In this document: piece after piece, positions 11,311-25,200 of the stretch
How positions within the stretch are numbered: the first letter of the stretch is position 1
Layout of the letters: each line of letters opens with the position of its first letter
NCBI GenBank assembly: GCA_965644265.1
Contig: OZ286459.1
Span: forward strand, 125,674,001-125,738,000
Source of the DNA: Glycera tridactyla
Taxonomy: Eukaryota
Length of the DNA: 64,000 bases
Direction of reading: 5' to 3'
Made by a program: the position numbers and the translations under genes
Notes under the pieces: generated by a model
What the model was told of the DNA's origin: nothing
The model's database searches: none
What the model saw: only the letters and a program-made list of their open reading frames with translations

Positions 11311-13733
11311 CAATAAAATATGAAATTGATGCATTTTCATCTCCTGATACCCATTCCATTGGCATTTTAATAAGACCCATTTGGTGCTGATGCCTCATTG
11401 AACATGTAACTAGGCCTGTAGGCCCCAAGAGAACAGCTGATATATACAAACACAGATATCGATTGATAATATGATCTGTAGTCAGTTTGATGTAACAGTA
11501 ATGTTGAATAGAAATAAAAGAGTAACATGAAAATATGATTTTATTTGAGGCAGCATCCCTCATAACATATAAACATACACATCAATAAAATGAGCTTTCA
11601 TTTAGCTTATGACTGCACTGTCATAGATTCAGAAATAGTAGTTCATGGAATATGCATATCCCCAGGTCTTCACCTATCCCTGGTGGTAAAAAACATGGGG
11701 ATCTCCAACAGTCACTTCGGGCGATTTTGCTGCCTTGACAGTCGGCATCGTGTTAATCTGGAACAGAAATATTATCTTTCAACAGAAATCCTCCCAAATG
11801 ATTACCTCATGGAAAAGTTATCCCAAGCACTGCCCTGAGTATCTCAAATCTGTGCCCCAAGATGGAAGACATTCATGATATAGTATTGTGTCCAGGATTA
11901 TCAAAATTGGGAATTTTGCCCCTAACATCTGAGAAATATCTCAAAATGGGTTAATTTAATCCTGTGTAGATACAATCCACTTGAAAATCTTAGGAGGTAC
12001 CCCCAATTGCCCTGAAAAGGAGCCACTATACAACACAATGTGTGATATTCCCCGATGTCTCCCAGGGGGAAACCATGATTATGTTTCTGACAGGCACATA
12101 CATGGTTCAGGGCACATAAAAGTGAAAATCAGCACCAAATTACTGAAGCCAAAAGGCCTACACACAATTATTTTGTCAATTGTGGAATGATGGTGTCATA
12201 CAGTTTAGAAGAAGAATGGCAAATATTCACTTTCCAACTGAGTTTTCGTGAAGCATACCAAACACACCTCATTTCATAGTATCCCAACAACATAAAATAT
12301 GAAACAAAACTGAGGACCATAATGCTTGAGTCATAACTGATCCAGCCGGCATAGAATATGTGGTGATTTACAATGATCTCCCCTAGTGCTCGAATTTGAT
12401 TTTTTTATGTTTGAAGTTTGCTTTCAAAACCAAATGAACTTCAAACAATGTTTGATTTTTACAATATTTCGAACTCTTTAGCAACTATACACTTCCTTTG
12501 CATGTTCAACCACTTTCTATATGTGGGGATCTTTGAAGTTCTTCACACAAATAATAACAGAAATCACTTGTACAGAATGCACTGTTTTCATTTCCATAAA
12601 ATGTTTGAATGGTCACTGACCTGTAATATTGCAAATCTGTTGCTCCAGTGACACATGGAATATCTGAGTATTCACAAATGGAATGCTTCTCAATTTTTCG
12701 ATTGTTTTCAGACATGACTGATGATTACAAATCTCCGTATTGCCACAACAATGCATAAAGTCAATTTTTCACATACTTAATTCAATAAATGTTCTCGTTG
12801 CAGTTGGCCACTTTGAAGATGATTACAAACTGAGAACTTGCCTGAGTCAGGCTTCATTCAGTTTCCATGGTAGCCAATTATTTTCCATTTACAGTCTGAT
12901 GGTGTGCAGGTGGTCATGGTAATGATGAATCATGAAACAACAGGAATTGAACATGTGATCATCTCCTCGGTATTTGAATGTTTTCTAGTTGGATCTATCC
13001 TTGAAACAGATTCTAATGAGCCCAGTTTCAAAAATAGAGAGACAAGTGAATTCTCTTCAGGTATTCGAGTGAATTTTCTTCATGTATTCTTGCCATATAA
13101 CAGCAGGACTTGGTGTTGCTAGCTACCAAATATATTAACTTCTCACTTCATAGCCTGAAATTATGAGATCACCCAAAAGGAGTTCCCTCTTTGATAAGCC
13201 CTGCCAACTGATCTAAAATAATATTTTTTGCTCAGGCACGCCACAGCATGATGTGGGATGATATGCTAATAAATCATGTTGAAAACCTGAAATTTGATCG
13301 CATCTTTGATTTTGAGACTGGACCGATATTGATATTGAAACTAGGCCAACTGCCTCTAAACTGCATAAGCAGCATTGCATCCAGGATATCTTGAATCTAG
13401 AATTTGAGAAAAGGAGCATTTCTCCAAGAAATCTCTGAAGATGGGTGCACTGAACATCGAATAAGTGCAACCCTCTTGCTGATTTAGGGGGCATTGTGGC
13501 CCCTAATTCCCTTGGAAGAGGGCCCACACTATGACTCGCTGACATTCAATGAGACTGATCCAAGAAAACTTTTCTCTACTGGAACATTTCCAAATAGCTG
13601 GAGAGGATTGTGGGCACTTTCGATGATTTCACCCCTGAATATAAAGGTAAATATATTGTTTGTATCTGTTCAAAACAACAAAGCAGGGGAAAGGGGACCT
13701 ACTGAATTGATTGATTAAAAAGAGCACTCACTA

Positions 13734-13898
13734 CAGTGAGACCTGCACCGAGGGACCCCCTGACGAGAGACCACCTCCAACAGGAGACCACTTTTTCAGG
13801 GCAGCTTTTCTATTTGACATAGCCAACTATACCTCCGACAAGAGACCACCTCTATTGAGAGACATTTTACTGACATTTCGGGCACTCTCGTCACAGGT
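13734..13898. mobile_element. Tc1/mariner-type MITE (CAGTGAAACCTG family), right end lost
   Basis: TA-CAGTGAGACCTG start and repeated GAGAGACCACC motifs. Confidence 0.65.
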
Positions 13899-16157
13899 CC
13901 CCCCCCCCCCCATAAAGCACTCTTTATTTGTTTGATTGTGGTCATACATGATGCCATAAACAATTTCTTATGTATGGAACATACAGCCCACCAACAACCA
14001 GCTATCGACTGCCTTGAAGTACAAATCAAACAGGCTATGTGAACTTGCTCCCTGTGTTGTTATTGTGACAGGTAAATGGTGGTGCGATCAGATCGGTGCG
14101 CTGGCTGTGAACTGCAGTCTCCCCTCAAAATCACTCGCTCCAAGCCCTTCAATATCCTACACACCATCCTACACACCATCGACAAAATCACCCTGATAAG
14201 TCCGCCACAATGCCGACATGATATAACGGATACTAACTTCAGTGGAGGTGTTATTACAGCTGGAAACGATCCCTGATGACTGCCAACAACAAGGCACTGC
14301 CCTTTCACTTTGCGAGTTGAACCCAACTGCTGTCCCGCAGCAAATGCCGGAATGACGTCATTTCAAAACACATCTTCACCCATAACCCAACCCAAACAAT
14401 GACGGTCTTGTTGACAAGAAGGAATGTTACATTTTTCAGCTTGTTTGTGATATGATAAAGGAGCCAAACTCACTGTCCAATCTATTTGGTCAGTGCAAGT
14501 TTTGCTGCCTTTATTTCAAACTGCCATTTTTGCTCCTGGTGGCGGAACATGTGCAACTCAAGTTTCATGGATTGCTAGCCTCTAAAATACTGGTGATTTC
14601 ACCAGGATTCACTACTAATATCATTCACATAACATCTCACCCAAATTGAAAGTCAAAAGAATTATAATAATCCCAAATATGTAATGAAATGTCACTATCA
14701 TGGCTTTCTTAAGAAAATACCGTCATCAAGTACAGTACCGAGGCTATTATTGGAAATGGCGGCATCAGTGACTTCCCGTAACTTTAAACCTTGTGTTAAA
14801 ACAACAAGCCTGTGGTGATAGCTCATCACCTGTCACATACTATTCCCCGATTGATGGAAGCAAAACATATCTATCTCACCACATGGTGAGCATGAGGTGG
14901 GCATTCCTTGAGATGGACGTATGCTGGCGGGCTTGACTTCAGCGGGCCACATGTCAAATAAACAACACCGCTTCCCGGCAATTTCTCGGCTGACCAACCC
15001 GCCTTTATAGAGCCCAGCATAGCTGTTCTCAAAAAGTGAAACCACTCTCAATTTGTTGGTATAGGCGTTTGTCTCATATGTATAAAATATACATACATAT
15101 ATTGAGACAATGGCCCCATGAACAGGGCTTTGATCATTGTCAAAGCTGCCATTTCACAGCAATGTGATCCATCCACATCATTGTGAATTTGACAGGTGCC
15201 AGGCATAATCCACTGCATGCTTAGTCACACCAGATCTAGCAGGTCAAACAAAATACTGGTCTCATCAGCCAGGTGGTTCTTCAGTAATGGATTGAATACA
15301 TTCTTGGGAAGTGACTACCTGGTACTAGTGTTCTCTAGCCAGACCTTCAGATTTTCTGACAGGTTGATAGAGCCTTGTGGCCCATGACTTAAAATGATGG
15401 GCCATCTTTTCATCTTTGGACAATAGAGATGAAGCTGGGCTTGTTGACCTAAGGTAGGAAATATTGATAGACTGAAAATGGCACCGGCCATGTGGTCTGA
15501 GGACCTGGCTCAACAGATTCAGAGCTCTGCATGGTGACCTGCATGCCTGGAAGAATTTGTTGGCTCTTGATTCTTGACTAGGTGAAAACAATGCTGTATG
15601 ATTACCTTGCCGGTAAGCACGGTCTTGTGACACATTTCTGTTTACTCATAAACAGGTTGTATATCTGATTCAACTGGTTTAATTTCACAGAAATTGAATG
15701 TGACAAATCACATCCCATTAATCACTTTTTTTTCTCAACATTACCTGGAGATTTTCATTGACAAGTTACACAATACCCCCATCAGCGGTGCAAATTACAA
15801 AGATAGCAGTGAGACTTCTGACGAGAGACACTTGAGTGTCTGTGAATTATTTAAATTTTCACCATCTGTTGGGAACCTGGGAGGAGTCTTGAATGACCCC
15901 ACCCATGCCCATTGCATGGACATCACAATATAGCACATTCGGCGCTGGCATGTCGATCAACCACAACCAACCAACCACCCTGGATGACAAGTATGTTTGT
16001 GAAAGTACTGTACATATTATATCTCAGCAGGACTGTTGTCACTTATTGTGAACACCGGTGTTACACACCTGTCACCTTTTTTAAATGGGTCGCAGGTATT
16101 TGGGCATAGAGATTATCATAGCAGGCTCTGAGCTAGATTCAACATTGTAATAATGTC

Positions 16158-16347
16158 CAGGGCTCTACGTTGACCAAAATATTCAGGAGTCGGCTGGCTC
16201 CGAACTTGGAATTTTTGGTAGCCAGTGAATACATTGCCAATTACAAATTACAAATTTTAGAGGCAGTTGGCTCCTAACTTTCAAAATGTGGCCAGAGGGT
16301 AAATTTTGTAGCAATTGGGTACCTACAAGTAGCAATGTAGTGCCCTG
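16158..16347. mobile_element. hAT-like MITE
   Basis: TIRs CAGGGCTCTAC and GTAGTGCCCTG (10/11). No clear TSD. Confidence 0.45.
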
Positions 16348-17382
16348 ATATCTGTATTGGTGCTAGCCTTCAGAAAGGGGTTGAAGTTTTTCCCAAATGG
16401 CTGTTGATAATTCCCCCTCCCTCAATCCATATTGCAGCCTACAGCTTCAACCAAAGCTGTTCTGAAACTCAGCTTTCATTCTCTAGATTCACATGGTGAG
16501 CCATTGCTGGTCAAAAGGCTAACTCTGTAACATTACCATATGCGTACAAAGACCACCCCTCTAGGTGATGGTAGTAATATTCTCTATAGCCCAGCACTCA
16601 ACAGGCCATGCTAGTCTTCATAGACAGGTTCATCTGTATGTTACCTGTGTCTCACTGTACCTCGCTATAGATGTGTATTCATACTGGTAATTGTATGAAT
16701 GTAAGACGAGGGCACAAATACTGCAAAACCATGCACATGCCTGTAGTTGCAAACCGGCTTTGTACAACTCCAATCAGACACTCCATCTTGTGGCATTTGT
16801 AGGGTAGTAAGCGCGCCGGGCTGGCTGCCAGTGCTTCTCCCAGGGGACGTCATGAGACAGCCCCATGACTCATGTCATAATTTGTACCAGACTACCTCTA
16901 ATCTGCACACATCTAACCTTTATGCAGTTTGGGGGAGGGACTGCAGCTGCTTGAGTCTGTTCACTTCAAGGCTCCTCTTAAGCCTGCAGCTTTTTCTTGT
17001 AAACATTTGATGAGAGTATGTTGAATACTGATACCTATTTGCCTGGAAGACATCTATATTTGAGGGTTATTTGCATATATTCACAGCGGAGAAATAGGGT
17101 ATGAGCATTTAGCACCTGAAACCGCAATGTTAGATCCTGATACACCATCAGTCTCAACAGAGTACAACAGCTGATTCAGCATGATTTCCTTTCTTATCCC
17201 TCATAATCATAGTGAATAGTGAAGTCAGATTCAAGTGTGTGAATTTGAAGTTAGAGGGAGGATAATTCATTCAAGATCATGGTTGAACCAGTTCAAAGCA
17301 CCTGGTGATGTCAGTTATGAAGGATAATCTCATCAGGAATGTCACAAATGGCTGCATAAAGGCACAGTGTGGTGGCTACCTA

Positions 17383-18097
17383 CCGTATATCCTGGCATAT
17401 AAGTCGACTTGACTTATAAGTCGTCTCCCCGATTTCGCCTCCAAAAGTCAGGATTTAGTCAATTTCTTGTATATAAGTCGACCCTATAATCTTGCTCGAA
17501 CATGGGGAATATTGGCGAAAATACCAACGAGAAACGACACATCGGCTATTGTTAAGTTGTTCGCGCCTTCATACATCAATAATTCAAAAGTCTAATCCAT
17601 GATTAGATGCCTCCCACCGCTGAAAACACATATCAACGCCGAATATTACTGGCTGGCATGTTTGTTAGTGATTTGGCGCCATTGTTGTGAAGTAGGAGTC
17701 CCCGGATGTACACCAAAACAGGAACCAGAATACCTAATTAGCATACGGCCTTGACCTTATTGTCTGCTAGAGATGGTGGAACCTTCTCGAATTGTTGTTT
17801 CCGTCTAATGTTTTCATCATGTTTATGGCGAAATCGTCAGGATTTTCTCGAAAACGATCATCGAAAACAAAAGTAGAGTCACTATTCGTGTGTTTGGTAC
17901 TATTTATTGACATCCAACTGTATTATGGCCATTTTCGAGCGTGACCGGGATTTGAGAAAAACATCGCTTTCAGCGGCATGTCAGGAATCTGACGTTCTGG
18001 TTCTGGTTTTGGTTCGATGTCGGGCATATAAGTTGACCCCCTTATTTCTGGCTCGGATTCTAGGGAAAAAACTCGACTTATACGCCAGTATATACGG
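17383..18097. mobile_element. pogo/Tigger-like (Tc1/mariner superfamily) non-autonomous element, 715 bp
   Basis: 26-bp TIRs CCGTATATCCTGGCATATAAGTCGAC versus CCGTATATACTGGCGTATAAGTCGAG. TA on both flanks. CpG-rich interior suggests a young insertion. Confidence 0.85.
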
Positions 18098-18216
18098 TAG
18101 ATCAGGTCTGACTGTTTGGTCTAGTAGAACTTTGAGAGAATGAATTTTCTCTCCCCTGGTCTAGGCTACTCTAGATGCCCAAACTATGGAATGGGCCTGA
18201 AAAATTTCACCCTTTA

Positions 18217-18665
18217 CAGTGAAACCTGCGATGAGAGACCGCGTCTCAAAATAGGTGGTCTCTCATCAGAGGTCTATTTGACATAGTTATATAAGAATGC
18301 TGCACTGGGAAAGTGGTCTCCCGTCGAAGGTGGTCTCTTGTCAGGGGCTCGGGTGAATACCTTTATATGGAGGCCACCCTCAGCTGTTACCGTGATAGCA
18401 TTTTCTATGGCTAGCAATCTATTAGGGCCACCTGTCTTCAAAGACCTTTTTCATGTGATGGATAGTGGATTTTGTAGATAGGTTCGACTATGTTATTCAT
18501 AGTCAAACCTATCTGAGAGACCATTTCTATAAAGACCACCTGCTTCCTGGCCACCCTGAGCCACGACGGTGATAGTATTTTCAACAGTAAAAGACCTGTC
18601 TTTAAAGGCCACCTACCCATGAAGGCCACTTTTTAATGGTAACCTTTTTAGACAGCTTTGACTGT
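18217..18665. mobile_element. Two adjacent Tc1/mariner-type MITE remnants (CAGTGAAACCTG and CAGTCAAACCTG families)
   Basis: TACAGTGAAACCTG at about 18215. CATAGTCAAACCT...CAGCTTTGACTGTA at about 18497-18665. Confidence 0.6.
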
Positions 18666-20354
18666 ATTTGGTTACAGGTCGATATGTACATATCTTCCAT
18701 CTACATGTTTAGGATTTCTTGTAGAACCAAGTGTAAGATTGATGCAGAAAACTTCCTGATTATGAACAGGTGAGAGAGCAGCCATGGGATACATATATGG
18801 CCAATTCTCCGAAATTGGGGCCAGCTACTGAAGATTGATATTTTATGTGAATTCAGCAGCTTTAACCCAGAATTTGAACATGATGACTGATGAAATGTGA
18901 TTCAAACAATAGGTGGTCCAATTTTGATAGGAATATCTCTGATTTTAGTGAAGTTAGAGGCAATTTGAAGGGTGACATTTCCGTCAATGGATAACATACC
19001 TACGGTCGAGTTTTAGCATGTTTACGAGCAACAGGTGCCATCTTGGATTAGTCATTCCTTCAAATGTGATCCCCATGCATTCATGACTCTATATATTTTT
19101 CCAGTTTTGTTCATAATCTGGTTTATAGTTGATAAAAAAGTGCATGGATGTCAATCCAAAATCATAGTAACCTACAAACTTTGCATAACATACATATATA
19201 CTAGGTGATATTAAGCCAAGGGATCTCAGGATAAAGTTGACCTTGTTGGACGGTTGCTCGACATTTGGATGATCCATGCTTTTTCATCCACAGATGGTCA
19301 CAAATGATCACTGTGGTATAGGAATATGGATGATGTGAGCATATGTATGTAATTTTGACATAATCTGCATGAGCTACAACCCAATATGTATGTTATGCTT
19401 GACTTTTTTTTCTTGAGAGTGGTCATATAGAATCAGATAACTTGGAAAGTCCAAATGTTTTCAAGCCTATTCAATGGTATTATGTAGATTTGGATTACTG
19501 TGAAGACAAATGCAGCTACTAGCTACTTTTGGTGGAATTTACTGAATGAAATTTACATGAGATAACTCAGGTGTAAACAATTGTCACATGAAATAACATA
19601 CATATAAGATGATGTTCATTACTTCCCAAATTTTCCAGAGAATGACAAAACCCTGTTCCCATCATCTCATCAATATGTATTCAATTGGAATAATGAGTTT
19701 GGTACTTATGCTGATAGCAATTGCTTAGAGACAAAAAATAAGGACAGCGCCTGAGGATTGAGGGCGAACATCGTATTTCTGGCTCAAATCCTTTTGAATG
19801 ACTGACCTCGACAAGGAAATAAGTAGTGTAGAATGACATCCTGAAACAAAGTTTATTGATTTATAATGATAAATGTTAATTCAGAGCCATTTATGATTGT
19901 TCTTGTGAGATTCTTATAAAAAAGTAACATAAACAACGGCTGACAACCCCACTTGTGAAAACAGTCATAATTTCTTTTTGGCTCAGCAGATCTCCCTGAT
20001 TTTTTTTTGGTATGAACACCCAACAAGCGGTGGAACTGTATGGCAATAATGGTTTATCAAAAAGGATTGTTTGAAAAAGTGACCCTATCTGGCACTTTTT
20101 GGCCCCAATTGCGGGAGAATTGCCCATATATATGTACATCCATGTGAAAATTGGCTGTATGATACATAGTGACTTGGATATAGCATGTCTGGCTGTCTCG
20201 CATCAGCAGGCTCAGCTTCAGCTGCTTGATTTGCTCAGTGATATTATGCAAATATGACGACAGGAGGATGAGGCGGCAAACATATCACTGCAGGCATGAG
20301 AAGATTCAGGGAGCAGCATGTCAGCCAAATAAATTATCTGATCCTTTTATAGAA

Positions 20355-20397
20355 AATCTCTCCCTCTCCCTCTCTCTCTTTCTCTCTCTCTCTCGCC

Positions 20398-20447
<50 letters not shown>
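20355..20447. repeat. (CT)n microsatellite
   Basis: Direct reading. Confidence 0.95.
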
Positions 20448-20451
<4 letters not shown>

Positions 20452-22689
20452 CATATCTTTTGAAGAAAAAGAGGAGATCTTAATTGCTTCACTTGTGGGT
20501 GCCATCTCACGGTCGGACATTGTTGCTTTATTGTAGAAAACTATCACATATCAGAGAAATGTTTCACAATGTGCCAAATTTGACACATTATTTCATGGAA
20601 GTTGATCCAACCATCATGTTCGATTATTCAATTATTATCAGTATTTTCAATATAACCCCAGAAAATTGAAAGGATGTTAACGACAAACAAACTCTCTCTC
20701 TCTCTCATGCTCTCTGACTATTTTGTACTACATTTAGTAAGTCTCTCTTTTCCAGCCCCAGATTTGTTTATATAATGGCTAAATTTAGGGATGTCTTTAG
20801 TGATCTCAACACATCATTGATTGGTATGGCGCATCATGTTTGTATCTATGTGTGTGCATGTATATCCTTGCGTGTGCATTCAGTGGCATGAGTAATAGAG
20901 ATTTATTACTGAAGCAGACACTGATGTGGAGGCTGGGCTTATGGCCTGTCACATGGGTAATCAGTGAGCAATCCTGGTCATCAGTTGAGGCAGTCTATAC
21001 ATGTCACTTATGCAGGCTAGGATTAGGGCGAGCCGTCTCATGCCCCGCCATGCCCTGCTCCCTAAACCGATCCCATCATCTTGTGGACCTTAAAGAGGGA
21101 AAATCCTGAGATGATGATAGACTAGATCTGGATAATGGATTCATCTTCCCAATCATCCCATGTATTTGAAATTGTCTTTGGTTGAAACATGCAACAAGAG
21201 ACCGCCTATGATGAGATTTTCAGGGTAGATTTTCTACTTGACTTCGGCAGTTCAGAGATATGCCTGGATTGCCATTTGGGGAGAATCCCTCATCAAATGT
21301 CTCGTTTGTCTGGGTGTCTCATCAAGCTCAGAATTATTCCCAGTGTGGGACTATTGTCTCATTCACTTGCCTACACAGGAATTTCCCTCCCTGGCAGTTG
21401 TATTTCTGACTAGAGACCATCTCCTCATTGAGGAAATTGTGAGCAATCTTATTGCAGGGTTCACTGTTTATCTCGATAGATTGTTTAAGCCACTGGATTG
21501 AGCTGTGTGTTTGTACATGCCTGGTTGAAATGAGGCACAGCCACTATTTTTACCCATTCTGAAATGTCATGTTTACTCTGTGTGATACAAGTAGGGAAAC
21601 GTACATGATATATGCCAATGGCATGGGTCCTTCAGTATCACACCATGGAGCTGGTGTCATGATAACCCATCTTTCAAACCAATCAATCAATCAATCAATT
21701 TGTTAACATTGAATTTTTCAGAGTACATTGAAATGATTTGAATTTTGATTGCAAAAAAAGTATGAAATGCTTCAATCCCATTGAAAATTTCAATATGGGA
21801 TTTGAGACCAGATCAACTATTTGACCAGAACCTTTCAACGCCCTCTGTTCATTTATGTCACTAGGCAATTGTCGCACTTTCACCATCAGACCTTGCCCCC
21901 ATGGAACTCATGAAAATTCATCACCGAGGCAAGGTTGCTCTAGACCTCAGTCCATATGAGCATTTTGGTTAGCTGGAAGGCTACCCAAGTGTGGTCTTCT
22001 TTTCACTGTCCTGTGATTCCCCTCTCCAGCTCCCCTCCCCCCCCCCCCCCCCACACACACTCACACACCCAGTCTCTGGTCAGGAGAAGTACAAGTACGT
22101 CCAAGTCCAATCCTGACGCAGCTATCAATCAGCCTAATGAGTATTGATCAGGGACATTCCAATGTGTCATGGTCTTCGCTCGCTCAGCTTTATTTGTGGA
22201 GGCTATTATGTTCATTACATGCAAATTCTCATCAACAGAAAATCAACAGCTTCATAAAAATCTTCAACCACCCCAACACACCTTTAGGTAACTATGGTGA
22301 CCATTTGGGCCCAGTAGGCAGTTCTTCTATTAATGTTGGGGAGAGAAAATGATCCCGTGAATCCTTCACATCGGGATGATTTGATTGAAGTTTTAGAAAA
22401 TTTCCCGAATCAAGCAAACATAATTTCAGTTGATCAAATTGTAAGTTGCTAGATTTTGTCTTAGCTGATCAATAGCCAATGTTGCCTATCTTCAGGAAAC
22501 CTCCTGACTTCTGGGAATGTTGTTTGTATTTTTTTGTGTGTATGGTATTTTGAGAACATATGTGGAATGCAATCATTACATTATCAACAAAAATTAATCA
22601 GTGTGCCATATAGCAATGCATGTCATAATCTCATAAATTGATTTTGCTGTAAAAATGTTGTCAGATCAAATTGGCAACACAGGCCACCT

Positions 22690-23166
22690 GAGATCCAGTG
22701 CATGCTTCCTGGGGTATCAAAGGCTGGCTGTAAGTATGGGAGTCTATCCCTGCATTCAATTATAAGAACCACTGCTGTCCTTTGCAAAGAGTAGTTGATT
22801 GCCCCAGGCAGTGAGTGGTGCCTCTTTTCTTCAGTATTCTCAATTCTTCAGTTCGATATGATCCAAGAACAAACTACATGTCGTAAGAGGCGACTGAGCA
22901 GGAATCCAGTACATGCTGGCTGGAAAGGCCGGCCGTGTGTACGGGAGTCTATTCCCATCTGCACATAAAAGAACCAGTGTTGTCCTTTTTCAAGGAGTTG
23001 TGATCGCCCCCAGCAGTGGTGCCTCTTTTCTCCAGCATATTCACCTTGAGTGTCTGTGAATTTCATGAATTGTCACCTTCCAATGGGAACCTAGATGGTG
23101 GGATGATCTCAACCATGCCCATTACATGGGCATTTCCTGGGATGTAAAACAAACAGCCAACCACCC
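22690..23166 (+). mobile_element. Cluster of two family A SINE copies, the second joined directly to a family C module
   Basis: A bodies at about 22690-22870 and 22900-23045. CTTGAGTGTCTGTGAATTTC starts immediately at 23046. Confidence 0.65.
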
Positions 23167-24884
23167 TACCCCATATGTTCTTCAGAAGCCATAGATAAAT
23201 ACATGATTATAGCTACAGGAATGACACATTCTGTGTTAGCTTTTCTCGATCCTCCCGTTAGGGAACCAGACATAGGGGTCTTGAATGATCCATTCCATGA
23301 GCATTGTATGGGTGTCTTAATATTGCCCAAACTGCCAGCGACATGAACCAACCAACAATAACCTTCATTATCAATTCCTGGGCCGTACCTGCATGTGGAA
23401 TTGTGATACTCAATATCTGCACTTTTGATCGGTGATGCAAGTTTTCATGGAAATTCCTGAATTCAGAAAATTTGTTTTGAAATTCAAAACCCAAAAGTTT
23501 CTGAAATTGGGCTGAATTTTCCTATCTGGTGCTTTTGGAGGTATAGAGGAATATACTTTCAGGAAATTCTATCTTAGTGCACTTGTATCACTGTTTGATG
23601 AATCTTTGACAAATTGCTCACTTAAGAGTGAAATCAAAACCAAAAGTGGTGAATTCATCATCTCATATGTCCATGTACNNNNNNNNNNNNNNNNNNNNNN
23701 NNNNNNNNNNNNNNNNNNNNNNNNNNNNNNNNNNNNNNNNNNNNNNNNNNNNNNNNNNNNNNNNNNNNNNNNNNNNNNNNNNNNNNNNNNNNNNNNNNNN
23801 NNNNNNNNNNNNNNNNNNNNNNNNNTCAAACACTCTGTGCATGCATGCACTCACATTCTGTAATTACTCACCAGTAAATGTTGATATTTGTTCGAGTGAA
23901 GGGCCATAAAAGCCTTGTGCATCGATTGCTGTATTCATTTGATGATGAAAAAAGGTATCGGCATTCGAGGGCTCGGAGCTGGTTAGGTACATGCAAGTCG
24001 TACAGTTTGAATAGTTGTCTGAGGTGGCTATTGTAATCCCCCGGAATGGCTGTGCATTGACAAACACAACTTGGTCTTTAAAACTCCATATGCAGTATCA
24101 GCAATTTACTCTTTTAGATCATCATTTGATAATTTCTGTTGCCTAGAATATGTAATGGAAAAGGTACACCAAAAAGCAACAGAATCATTCAAGGACTTCT
24201 TATGAGAATTATTTTCCTGACATTGCAAATGTATCTACAATAAGTTCTGTTGGACCACTTTTCACCTGCACACGGAAATACCAAAAAAAAAAACACCTTT
24301 TCTTCTAATTCTTTTTGGCATGCATGCGGAGCAAAATGCATGTCTATGTTCTTCCTGGTTAAAGTTTCTGGTTTTTCTTTGAGCCACTACTCTGTAACTA
24401 ATCATGCAATATTTCTGAAATTTTGCAATCATAAAGATCATGAGCGGCAGAATGTCGGGTATCAATATTGCCCCAATAACTTTTATGGAAGATGACTTAT
24501 TCAGGCCGGAATCCTGAATTTTAAAGCAACTTCCTACCAGCAGAATAGGAAGGAGTGGAGTATATGATGTCAATTACCGAGGCTGTTATGTAATGACACT
24601 GCCGGTCCTATGAATGGAGCCTTGTCACATTTCGTCCTCGGTTATATAACTGTCTTTGCACCGAATGGAGCCTTTTCACATATCAGCATAGCTTTCTGAT
24701 CTCTTAATTAAATTGTGGAGGGCAGGGCAGGGGGTGGGGGCAGCAGCGAGTGGTCATGGGATGGGGCAGGGGGGATGGTTGGGGTGGGGGGGGGGCAGTG
24801 GCAGTTGCGGCGGGATTGATTGCACCTGGGTTGGGGGGGGGGGCTAGGACAGTGAGAGGGGCAATGGCAGGGATGGAAAGAGAC

Positions 24885-25200
24885 TATCAAATGCCTGTGA
24901 CCTTGACCTTCATTTTCAAGGTCATGACCTTGACTTTGAAAACTTCGAGCTACCTCCATCAAATTTTTGCCAGATATGCACCAATGAATGGGGGACAATC
25001 CCATTGAATGTGGTTGACCTTGACTTTCACCTTCAAGGTCATGATCTTGACATTCAAAATATTTTGTTACTCCAATAATATGAGAACGCTTGGAGCTACA
25101 TTCACCAGATTTACACCATATATGCACCATTGAAAGCAAAAGAAGCCCATCAAATGGCAAGTGACCTTGATCTCCATCGCCCAGGTCATGACCTTGATAC
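24885..25200. repeat. TGACCTTGA/TCAAGGTCA palindromic repeat units typical of Helitron/Helentron-derived invertebrate repeats
   Basis: About 3 units, each with TGACCTTGA...(C)AAGGTCATGA(C/T)CTTGA, near 24889, 25015 and 25163. Confidence 0.55.
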
